Origin: an uncultured Pseudomonadota bacterium
Lineage (GTDB): Bacteria > Pseudomonadota > Gammaproteobacteria > Burkholderiales > JALYOK01
NCBI GenBank assembly: GCA_963840785.1
Contig: CAWJAF010000004.1
Span: forward strand, 273,100-337,099
DNA length: 64,000 bases
Direction of reading: 5' to 3'
Position numbers and translations under genes: made by a program. Of this stretch, positions 10,868 through 18,984 are shown piece by piece. Below the pieces are notes generated by a model that was not told the origin of the DNA, made no database searches, and worked only from the letters and a program-made list of their open reading frames with translations. Position 1 is the stretch's first letter. Each line of letters begins with the position of its first letter.

Positions 10868-11306
10868 GATGTGTTACCTCCTGTGGTTGGGGATGGGCTT
10901 ATGAAACAAGTGGAACGAAAACGTCCGGGCAGGTCGGACCGAACAAACGTTCGAGTAAATTCTGAGCAAGAGACATGCCAAGAAAAATCCTCGCAGTGCC
11001 GATGTCGGATGAACACCGATAGGCGATGCAACGTAATCAATGTGCCCTCCTCCAGGAGATCGGGATAGCACTTGTTTAGCAACCGGTGCTATCGACGAAT
11101 TGATCAAACAATACTCCTCGAGATAGCATTGCGCAAACGGACTGAAAAAAACATCACCTGTCAGCAATCGGTCATTGCCAATTGCTTGCTGAACGCAGCC
11201 AAGCTATTCTTGTCGTGCTGACAAATAAAATGGCAAAACCAAGTAAAATTGGAGATAGTGGTCGCGCCGTAGTCGGCACAAACAGAACAGTAAGGGAGAA
11301 TCTCGA

Positions 11307-11840
11307 TTGGATGCATTGCTAAAAATTTCAAAAGCGATCGACTGGCTGAACGAAATGGTCGGGCGCTCGGTGTTATGGTTGGTTCTTGTCGCGGCGTTGA
11401 TCAGTGCTTTTAACGCTATCTATCGCAAAATCTTTTCTGACAGCTCAAATTCGCTGCTCGAAATTCAATGGTATTTGTTTGGGGCAATTTTCCTGCTTTG
11501 TGCGGCCTATACGCTTAAGCACGAAGGGCATGTACGCATAGACGTGATCTACGGGAAACTGTCACGGCGCACGCAAACGTGGATTGACATTTTCGGCACG
11601 GTTTTTTTCTTGCTCCCGATTTGCATATTGATGATGTGGTTATCCTGGCCGATTTTCATTGACGCTTTTGTGCACAATGAAATTTCATCGGATGCGGGCG
11701 GGCTGGTCCGCTGGCCGATCCGTTTAATGATTCCCGTTGGTTTCGCGTTGCTCGTACTACAAGGGATTTCCGAATTGATCAGGCGCATCAACCGGCTGCG
11801 TACCGGAGATTATGGCGTCGCCGCGAAAGGAATCCACTAA
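11307..11840 (+). CDS. TRAP transporter small permease (DctQ family)
   Basis: 177 aa with four hydrophobic segments. TTG start preceded by agggag. Stop overlaps the start of the large permease (TAATG). Confidence 0.85.
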   Translation: MDALLKISKAIDWLNEMVGRSVLWLVLVAALISAFNAIYRKIFSDSSNSLLEIQWYLFGAIFLLCAAYTLKHEGHVRIDVIYGKLSRRTQTWIDIFGTVFFLLPICILMMWLSWPIFIDAFVHNEISSDAGGLVRWPIRLMIPVGFALLVLQGISELIRRINRLRTGDYGVAAKGIH

Positions 11841-13360
11841 TGGGCCACGAAATCATGGCGCCAATTATGTTCGGCGCATTGGTGATATTCCTGCTGATGG
11901 GTTATCCCGTGGCGTTTTCGCTTTGTGCGGTCGGGCTTGCGTTCGGCGGCATCGGCATTCATTTCGGCTACATCGGCCCAGAACTTTTTCGCGCCATGCC
12001 GGAGCGAATCTTTGGAATTGTACGAAACGATGTCTTACTCGCCATTCCATTTTTTACTTTCATGGGGTTAATCCTTGAACGCAGCGGCATGGCGGAGGAT
12101 TTGCTCGATACCATGGGCCAATTGTTTGGGCGTCTTCGCGGTGGTATCGCGTACGCAGTGATCATTGTTGGCGCGCTGCTTGCGGCGACAACCGGTGTCG
12201 TTGCTGCTTCCGTGATTGCGATGGGATTGATCTCGCTGCCAGTGATGTTGCGTTACGGTTATTCACATCAACTCGCATCGGGCGTAATCGCCGCTTCCGG
12301 CACGTTGGCACAAATCATTCCGCCATCGTTGGTGTTAATCATCATGGCGGATCAGCTTGGCAAATCCGTTGGTGACATGTATGCCGGCGCGATGGTTCCT
12401 GGCTTAATCTTGACCGGACTTTACTTGTCGTACGTCATGTTGGTCACGATCGTTAATCCAAAGGCGGCGCCGGCATTACCGCCAGAGGCGCGAACCTTAA
12501 AAGGATTCCAGCTATTAATGCGCGTGTTCGTGGCAATGATCCCGCCGTTGCTGCTTATTTTCTTGGTTTTGGGAACAATCTTCTTGGGCATCGCGACGCC
12601 GACGGAAGGTGGTGCGATGGGCGCATTTGGCGCATTGATTTTGGCGCTGATGAAGCAACGCTTAAGCTGGGATCTGCTCAAGCAATCGATGGATACAACT
12701 GCCAAGGTAACCAGCTTTGTCGTGTTCATCCTGGTCGGCTCGTCTGTGTTCTCGTTGGTATTTCGTGGCGTGGATGGCGATCTCTGGGTGGAACATTTAC
12801 TAACGGGTTTACCAGGTGGTGCGCTAGGGTTTCTGATCGTCGTCAACGTCATGATCTTTTTGTTGGCGTTTTTCCTCGACTTTTTCGAGATCGCGTTTAT
12901 TCTTGTGCCCTTGCTCGGTCCGGTCGCGCAAAAGCTCGGCATCGACTTAATTTGGTTCGGCGTGTTGTTGGGTGTGAATATGCAGACATCCTTCATGCAT
13001 CCACCGTTTGGATTTGCACTATTTTATTTACGCAGCGTCGCGCCAAAAATTGTCACAACGGGGCAAATTTACTGGGGTGCAATTCCATTTGTCGTGATTC
13101 AGTTGATTATGGTCGGCTTAGTCATTGCGTTCCCTGGAATGGTGACCAATTTTGTAAGCAAAGGCCCAATCGACCATGGCCCGCAGACGATCGAGGAGTT
13201 TAAGATCGACGGTGAAGAAAGTAAGCCAGCGGAAAGTGGCGACAGCGTCGAATTCAATATCGAAGGGAATGGTGCGAAACAGGAAGCACCGAAACAGGAA
13301 GACACGAGCGTCGAATTTAATATAGAAGGGAACGATAAACCGGCGACTAATTCAAAGTAG
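11840..13360 (+). CDS. TRAP transporter large permease (DctM family) with hydrophilic repeat-bearing C-terminal tail
   Basis: 506 aa polytopic membrane protein. The last 63 aa are acidic and hydrophilic, with repeated [VE]EF[NK]I[ED]G[NE] units. Confidence 0.9.
   Translation: MGHEIMAPIMFGALVIFLLMGYPVAFSLCAVGLAFGGIGIHFGYIGPELFRAMPERIFGIVRNDVLLAIPFFTFMGLILERSGMAEDLLDTMGQLFGRLRGGIAYAVIIVGALLAATTGVVAASVIAMGLISLPVMLRYGYSHQLASGVIAASGTLAQIIPPSLVLIIMADQLGKSVGDMYAGAMVPGLILTGLYLSYVMLVTIVNPKAAPALPPEARTLKGFQLLMRVFVAMIPPLLLIFLVLGTIFLGIATPTEGGAMGAFGALILALMKQRLSWDLLKQSMDTTAKVTSFVVFILVGSSVFSLVFRGVDGDLWVEHLLTGLPGGALGFLIVVNVMIFLLAFFLDFFEIAFILVPLLGPVAQKLGIDLIWFGVLLGVNMQTSFMHPPFGFALFYLRSVAPKIVTTGQIYWGAIPFVVIQLIMVGLVIAFPGMVTNFVSKGPIDHGPQTIEEFKIDGEESKPAESGDSVEFNIEGNGAKQEAPKQEDTSVEFNIEGNDKPATNSK
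13187..13340 (+). repeat. three in-frame repeats in the DctM tail (TIEEFKIDGE / SVEFNIEGN / SVEFNIEGN)
   Basis: agcgtcgaattcaatatcgaagggaa at 13244 recurs as agcgtcgaatttaatatagaagggaa at 13307 (63-nt period). A degenerate third copy starts at 13187. Confidence 0.75.
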
Positions 13361-13375
13361 TAGCCGGTTCTGACG

Positions 13376-13420
13376 GACAAAAAAAGGGCCTGCGGCAAAT
13401 TTCCGCAGGCCCTTTTCTTT
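13376..13420. terminator. bidirectional rho-independent terminator
   Basis: A-run, then gggcctgcgg-caaattt-ccgcaggccc, then T-run, between convergent dctM and dctP. Confidence 0.85.
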
Positions 13421-13428
13421 GATGGGTA

Positions 13429-14514
13429 TTACTTCAGCGAAGAAATAAAGTTATCTTGTGCTTGTTCGCCGATGCGGAACCACGCCACTTGTTCCTTGCG
13501 GAACTTGTTCCAAGATTCGTACATTTTCTTAAATGCGGGATTCTTGCCTGACTCGTCAACAATAATTTCTTGTGTCGCTTTATAGCAGGCTTGCATCACG
13601 TCCTTTGGGAACTGATGTAGCTTTACGCCGTTGTTGACCAAGCGCTGCAGGGCCGCCGGATTTTTTGAGTCGTAATTCGCCATCATCAACACATTCGATT
13701 CGGCTGCGGCCGCTTCAAATGCGGCCTGATATTCTTTCGGCAATGCGGCCCATTGCTTCAAATTAACCATAAAGCCGAGTGTCGGGCCAGTCTCCCACCA
13801 ACCCGGAAAATAGTAGTGTTTCGCTACTTTGTAGAAACCCAATTTTTCGTCGTCGTAGGGTCCGATCCACTCTGCGCCGTCGATCGTTCCGCGCTCTAAG
13901 GCCGGATATATATCGCCCCCCGGAATCGTTTGCGGCACGACGCCCAGCTTGGACCACACCTCTCCTCCCAGGCCTGGGATACGGAACTTGAGCCCCTTGA
14001 GGTCCGCCAGCGATTTAATTTCGGTGCGCCACCAGCCGCCCATTTGGCAGCCGGTGTTGCCGCCCGGAATGAAGTTAACGCTATAGTCTTTTAAGAATTC
14101 ATTCAGCAACTGATTGCCGCCGCCGTAATATAGCCAGGCGTTTTGTTGACGTTGGTTCATGCCGAATGGCAATCCCGTACCAAATGCGAATGCTTTATTC
14201 TTGCCGACGTAGTAGTAAGCCGATGTATGACCACACTCCACGGTGCCTTGTTGCACAGCGTCCAGCACCTGCAGGCCGGGCACTATTTCGCCCGCGGCGA
14301 ATGGGCGAATCTGAAATTTGCCGCCGGTGATCGCGCTGAGCCGATTGACAAGAATTTCTGCGCCGCCATAAATCGTATCCAAGCTTTTTGGAAAACTTGA
14401 CGCCATGCGCCAACGAATCGTCGGCAAGTCCGCGGCCATTGCTGATCCGGCAAGCGCGCCAGCCGCCGTTGCGACAGCGGTCGCTCCAGAAGTTAAAAAT
14501 TTACGACGTTGCAT
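13429..14514 (-). CDS. TRAP transporter substrate-binding protein (DctP family), Tat-type signal
   Basis: 361 aa. MQRRKFLTSGATAVATAAGALAGSAMA signal. The body is typical of the mannitol/chloroaromatic-type TRAP SBP subgroup. Confidence 0.88.
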   Translation of the reverse strand: MQRRKFLTSGATAVATAAGALAGSAMAADLPTIRWRMASSFPKSLDTIYGGAEILVNRLSAITGGKFQIRPFAAGEIVPGLQVLDAVQQGTVECGHTSAYYYVGKNKAFAFGTGLPFGMNQRQQNAWLYYGGGNQLLNEFLKDYSVNFIPGGNTGCQMGGWWRTEIKSLADLKGLKFRIPGLGGEVWSKLGVVPQTIPGGDIYPALERGTIDGAEWIGPYDDEKLGFYKVAKHYYFPGWWETGPTLGFMVNLKQWAALPKEYQAAFEAAAAESNVLMMANYDSKNPAALQRLVNNGVKLHQFPKDVMQACYKATQEIIVDESGKNPAFKKMYESWNKFRKEQVAWFRIGEQAQDNFISSLK

Positions 14515-14570
14515 ATCTATTTCCCCCTATTGTTAAGAAGTAATTTTAACGGATTCAGCCACACTCATTG

Positions 14571-16148
14571 TTAAAATCCAACTGCTTGGCCATCTTTGCG
14601 GTGATCCGACCCGGCGCAATAACCATCTTCAAGACGATGAATCAATTGCGCGCCTCCAAAATTAAATCCAAGGACATCGCTGCCGAGTTTGTGTCCGCGC
14701 GAGCGTAATTCTTGCACAACACTTTGATCGAATTCTTCTTCGAAAGAAACATTCATGTCGAGGTCGACAAACCAGCGTGGCGCGTCGGACGCGGCTTGCG
14801 GATTTTGCTCATAATCAACAATACGATTGACCATTTGCACATGCCCTTGCGCCTGCATCACCGCGCCCATGACGCCGAAGCTCATCGCAGGCTTACCGCC
14901 ATGTGTTAAAAAGCCGGGAATGATGGTTTGAAACGGGCGCTTGCGGCTGCCGACTTGGTTGGGGTGGCCTGCTTTGACATTGAATCCATAGCCGCGATTT
15001 TGCAAGCTAATGCCGGTGCCGGGCACAACGATACCCGACCCAAACCCCATGAAGTTGGATTGAATCATCGACACCATCATGCCGGAGGCATCGGCGGTGG
15101 TGAGATAAACCGTTTCGCCACCGCGTGGCAACTCAGCAATCGGATACTTCACTTGCTTCATATCGATTTGTTTGGCGCGCAGCGCCAAGTAATCCGGCGC
15201 GAGCATTTGCGTTGGCGTCACCTCCATGGTCGATGGATCGGACACGTGGCGATACACGTCGGCGAATGCGAGCTTCATCGCTTCGATTTGCACGTGAATG
15301 CTATCGGCCGAATCGACTGGATACTTTCGCATGTCGAAATTTTCGAGGATGCCAAGCGTGATGAGCGCTGCTATACCTTGGCCATTCGGCGGAATTTCAT
15401 GCAAGCGAAAGCCGCGGTAATCTTGCCCTAAGGGCTCAACCCAATCGGCGCGATGGGATGATAAGTCTTCCATCGTCATAGCGCCGCCCTGGCTACGCGA
15501 ATGCGCGACGATTTTCTCCGCGAGGATTCCTTCGTAAAACGCTTTACCTTTCGTATTTGCAATCAGTGACAGCGTTTTCGCCTGATCCGGAAAGCGAAAA
15601 ATTTCGCCGGGACGCGGTGGCTTTCCATCGCGTAAAAAGGCCGCTGCAAAATCAGGGTAATCCGGATACTTCGGCATCTGCCCTTCCCACGCCGAGGCAG
15701 TGATTGGCGATACAGGGAATCCTTGCTCGGCGTAACGTATCGCCGCGACAAATAGATCGGCGAAATCGAGCTTGCCATAGCGTTCATGCAAAGCAACCCA
15801 AGCCGACACGCAGCCCGGCACGGTCACCGAATCCCAGCCGAGCATCGGCATGGTGTCGCGCCCGGCGAAACGCTCTGGCGTCCACGCCGCCGGCGCCCGG
15901 CCGGATGCGTTTAATCCTTGTAGAGATTTGCCGTCCCAGACGATTGCAAAGGCGTCCGAGCCGATGCCATTCATCGGCGGCTCGACGACGGTCAATGTGA
16001 TCGCTGTTGCGACTGCGGCATCCACCGCATTGCCGCCCTTGGCGAGCATCTGCAAACCGGCTTGCGCCGCAAGGGGCTGCGATGTCGAAACGATATTCCG
16101 CGCCATCACAGGCATTCGTTGTGATTTGTAGGGAAATTGCCAATTCAT
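14571..16148 (-). CDS. ggt: gamma-glutamyltransferase family protein (no signal peptide)
   Basis: About 525 aa. GGNAVDAAVA near the N-terminus and the autoprocessing region GGETVYLTTADASG. Start is the ATG at 16148 or the TTG at 16163. Confidence 0.88.
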   Translation of the reverse strand: MNWQFPYKSQRMPVMARNIVSTSQPLAAQAGLQMLAKGGNAVDAAVATAITLTVVEPPMNGIGSDAFAIVWDGKSLQGLNASGRAPAAWTPERFAGRDTMPMLGWDSVTVPGCVSAWVALHERYGKLDFADLFVAAIRYAEQGFPVSPITASAWEGQMPKYPDYPDFAAAFLRDGKPPRPGEIFRFPDQAKTLSLIANTKGKAFYEGILAEKIVAHSRSQGGAMTMEDLSSHRADWVEPLGQDYRGFRLHEIPPNGQGIAALITLGILENFDMRKYPVDSADSIHVQIEAMKLAFADVYRHVSDPSTMEVTPTQMLAPDYLALRAKQIDMKQVKYPIAELPRGGETVYLTTADASGMMVSMIQSNFMGFGSGIVVPGTGISLQNRGYGFNVKAGHPNQVGSRKRPFQTIIPGFLTHGGKPAMSFGVMGAVMQAQGHVQMVNRIVDYEQNPQAASDAPRWFVDLDMNVSFEEEFDQSVVQELRSRGHKLGSDVLGFNFGGAQLIHRLEDGYCAGSDHRKDGQAVGF

Positions 16149-16620
16149 ATTTATTCCATTCAAAAATTTTTTGTCTTTCGCCTTCGACCTAAATAAAAAG
16201 GCGAAGCCGCAACCGATATCGTATCATTGTGTAGCGAATAAACAGCGCCAATTCTCATGGCATGAGCGAGGCAGTGTCGCCCCCTCGCCCGTCCGGGGAG
16301 AAGGGCAAGTGCACCTCGAAACGAACGTCGGTCAAATTGGTTTCACGAAAAGTGTGGCTGCGACGACGTAAGATTGTAACGCCCAACGGCTCATAAGTGC
16401 ATCGCCACGAGCAAGTATCCATGCGGCTTTCCGGCCATACCTCGCCAGCAACCGCGCCGGTTCTGCCTCCTGGCACGACCATGCCAAACACGCTGAACAC
16501 TATTGCCCGGTTCATGTTTTCGGATAAGCTTAGGATATGACGATGCATACTTTCATCGCATCGCCCTCGCGCAAAATTTAATCGGCAAACACGACATCGC
16601 AAACAAATTGGAATGACTTC

Positions 16621-17409
16621 ATGAAAAATTTATTTTCACTTGCGGGCCGCACGGCATTGGTAACCGGCGGCTCGCGCGGCATCGGCAAAATGATCGCGAC
16701 GGGCTTCATTGAATACGGCGCGAAGGTTTACATTTCCGCGCGCAAGGCAGACGAATGCGACGCCACGGCTGCTGAGTTGTCGGCGGCCGGCGGCACCTGC
16801 ATCGCCCTGCCGCAAGATATTTCCACCGTTGCCGGCTGCCGCGCATTGGCAGAGGAATTCAAGCGACGCGAACCGCATCTCGATATTTTGGTGAACAATG
16901 CCGGTGCGGCTTGGGCCGAGCCATTTGACGACTTCCCCGAACAGGGCTGGGACAAGGTCATGAACCTCAACGTCAAATCGCCGTTCTTTCTCCTGCAAGC
17001 GTTGCACGGCGCGCTCAAGGCTGCCGCGAGCGACGAGCGCCCCGCCAAGGTCATCAACATCGCCTCCATCGACGGCATTCGGCTCAACCCGCTGGAAACC
17101 TACTCGTACCACGCATCGAAATCGGCATTGATTTATTTAACGCGCCGCCTCGCCGCGAAATTGGTGCAAGAGCGCATCGTCGTCAACGCCATCGCACCCG
17201 GACCCTTCGCCTCGCAAATGAATCGCGCCGCGCGCGATCACGCCGATGTCGTCGCCGCACGCACACCCATGGGCCGCATCGGCCGCGACGAAGATATGGC
17301 CGGCGCAGCGATCTATCTCGCATCGCGCGCGGGCGATTACGTCGTCGGTGAAACCATCGCCGTTGATGGCGGGATTGCTTATGCGAGTCTCAATGCGGGG
17401 CCGAGTTGA
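16621..17409 (+). CDS. SDR-family oxidoreductase (3-oxoacyl-ACP reductase-like)
   Basis: 262 aa. TGGSRGIG cofactor motif, NNAG, and catalytic YHASKSAL. Confidence 0.9.
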   Translation: MKNLFSLAGRTALVTGGSRGIGKMIATGFIEYGAKVYISARKADECDATAAELSAAGGTCIALPQDISTVAGCRALAEEFKRREPHLDILVNNAGAAWAEPFDDFPEQGWDKVMNLNVKSPFFLLQALHGALKAAASDERPAKVINIASIDGIRLNPLETYSYHASKSALIYLTRRLAAKLVQERIVVNAIAPGPFASQMNRAARDHADVVAARTPMGRIGRDEDMAGAAIYLASRAGDYVVGETIAVDGGIAYASLNAGPS

Positions 17410-17474
17410 AGCAAAAAACTTCAGAATTTATGCCTGAAGAACCGCATGGATATTGGGCCTCAGCCAACATAAAT

Positions 17475-17507
17475 GTAGGGTGGATCAAGCAAAGCGGATC
17501 CACCATC
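17475..17507 (+). repeat. REP element copy 1
   Basis: gtagggtggatcaagcaaagcggatccaccatc, with internal stem GGTGGATC/GATCCACC. Confidence 0.85.
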
Positions 17508-17625
17508 AAAAAAAACAATCACTCCAACTCCATTCCAGAAATCGAATCCGGCATCGACTAACCCCACGCCAATTCATACCAACCTTTCCCCACCGCATTC
17601 TCAAACGAAGAAAATTTCCAATCCC

Positions 17626-18036
17626 TTACCGCGAAACATACCCGTGCTTCACCGGATTGAAAAAGATGTAATCCATATGCCGCCGCCAATCTTCCTCATC
17701 GCGAATTTGATGCTCCCAAAATCGGCGCTGCCAAAGAAATTTTTCGTTGCGATCGGAATGCGCGGTGGATGCGCCACGCGAAACGAAATGTTTGATCAAT
17801 CGCCAACGCGTCGAAAAATCGTTATCGGTTTCCGGCAATCGCCAAATACAATGCAGATGATCGGGAAGGACGACAATCGCATCAACACGAAAGGGCCGCG
17901 TCGCAGCGACGTGGCGGAACGCTTCTCGCAAGCGTTGATAAATATTGGGCTGGGTCAGCCAAGGGCGACGGTCAAAAGTCACGACGGTGAAGAAATAACA
18001 CCCACCGGGTTGATAAGCCCGCCGATAGTTGCTCAT
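17626..18036 (-). CDS. REP-associated tyrosine transposase (RAYT, IS200/IS605 Y1 family)
   Basis: 136 aa. HuH motif LPDHLHCIW and catalytic-Tyr region MDYIFFNPVKHGYV. Confidence 0.9.
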   Translation of the reverse strand: MSNYRRAYQPGGCYFFTVVTFDRRPWLTQPNIYQRLREAFRHVAATRPFRVDAIVVLPDHLHCIWRLPETDNDFSTRWRLIKHFVSRGASTAHSDRNEKFLWQRRFWEHQIRDEEDWRRHMDYIFFNPVKHGYVSR

Positions 18037-18053
18037 AGAGCAACAATTATAAG

Positions 18054-18135
18054 GTAGGGTGGATCAAGTCCCGAAGGGACGGATCCACCAGTATTTCAAT
18101 TGATGGTGGATCCGCTACGCTTGATCCACCCTACC
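18054..18135. repeat. REP copies 2 and 3 in inverted orientation (BIME-like pair)
   Basis: gtagggtggatcaagtcccgaagggacggatccacc (18054-18090) and its inverted partner gatggtggatccgctacgcttgatccaccctac (18103-18135). Confidence 0.85.
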
Positions 18136-18169
18136 TGCCGTCAGCTGAGCGGTAACGCTTCAATTCTTG

Positions 18170-18913
18170 ATTTAGGTGTTTCGGCGTATCCCGTCGAAAT
18201 AAATTGTTTCTGTTAAGAGCTTCCATTTAACGTAGGATTTTAATCGTTGGTAGTGCAAATAGTCGCCCCATAATTGGATTTGAGCAACTGCAGGGAATTC
18301 ATACTAACAACTGACCTTTCGAAACCTGGAAGAAAAAACGACGCTCGCGAGGCACTTTTAGTTTGCTTACTATGAATTCGAGAACCGCATTGGTGCTGCC
18401 AAAGATGAATCGAAATTCGCGATAAGAACCATATCCATTTTGTATCCTTTGTCGGATTATAATCTGTGTAAAAACTTCTATGGCTTTTGGCGCTTCTATG
18501 ACCTATTAGCTATTTTGAAAAGTATTTATTAGTCGGCCGTTAACTCATATCCAACAAGCATCTGCATGGCGCTCCTTTATGAGACAATGTTTTGAGTTAT
18601 CCTTTACCTCAATAGCGTGCAGCTTACTAGCTTGAAGCCGAAGCAGTTCGAAAAACGTTGTTTCGTGTTTTTGTTCAATTTGGTGTTGATATGTCTTCAG
18701 CAGTACAACGAGCACTAACAGATTTAGTATCGGATTTATCAATCCTCCGAAGTAATCTCCGACTTGGCCCCAAGCTTGTGGATCTCGCGATATGCCATTG
18801 GGTGCTAATACCCATAAATATGGAATTAGCAAACACAAGTAAACAACTAGAACGACGCGTAATGGTTGATCCTCGATGCTTCGAATCAAAGTTTGAGTTA
18901 AATTTTTCATCAT
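18170..18913 (-). pseudogene. decayed membrane protein resembling the putative phage abortive-infection (putAbiC-like) family
   Basis: The 122-aa ORF (18545..18913) has a TM segment followed by WGQVGDYFGGLINPILNLLVLVVLLKTYQHQ...TFFELLRLQ. The same frame then continues through TGA, TAA and TAG stops into protein-like sequence (VIEAPKAIEVFTQ...YREFRFIFGST...). A further frame shift follows. The region is about 30 percent GC in a sampled 60-mer. Confidence 0.4.
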
Positions 18914-18924
18914 TTCGGAACAAC

Positions 18925-18947
18925 AAAAAAGAGGGCTTTCGCCCCCT
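18925..18947 (-). terminator. rho-independent terminator downstream of nrdB
   Basis: The minus strand reads agggggc-gaaa-gccctc followed by ttttttg. Confidence 0.7.
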
Positions 18948-18984
18948 TTCCTGTAAAACTTTTATTTTTTCTTTTCAAAGAAAC

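Larger units (their letters stand above)
17475..18135. mobile_element. REPtron-like unit: RAYT gene flanked by REP palindromes
   Basis: A Y1 transposase gene is bracketed by one REP on the left and an inverted REP pair on the right. All three share GTAGGGTGGATCAAG...GGATCCACC. Confidence 0.8.

Noticed and set aside
10774-11167. Two overlapping minus-strand ORFs (102 and 97 aa) in the iorA-dctQ spacer.
   Set aside because: They have no ribosome-binding sites and implausible sequences. They overlap each other and the iorA 5' end. I treated the region as regulatory DNA.
10868-11306. A Moco riboswitch upstream of the molybdoenzyme genes.
   Set aside because: I could not identify the conserved Moco-motif core by eye, so I do not call it. 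I list it only as something to test with cmsearch.
16255-16602. A 115-aa minus-strand ORF in the ggt / SDR divergent spacer.
   Set aside because: Codon usage looks coding-like from the internal ATG at 16548. However, I recognise no family and see no SD, and the C-terminus is the translation of a GC-rich palindromic repeat. That is not enough support to call a gene. It is worth a blastp check.
17453-18057. Plus-strand ORFs (72 and 137 aa) across the RAYT locus.
   Set aside because: One is the translation of the REP and spacer. The other is antisense to the RAYT gene, which carries the HuH and Tyr motifs.
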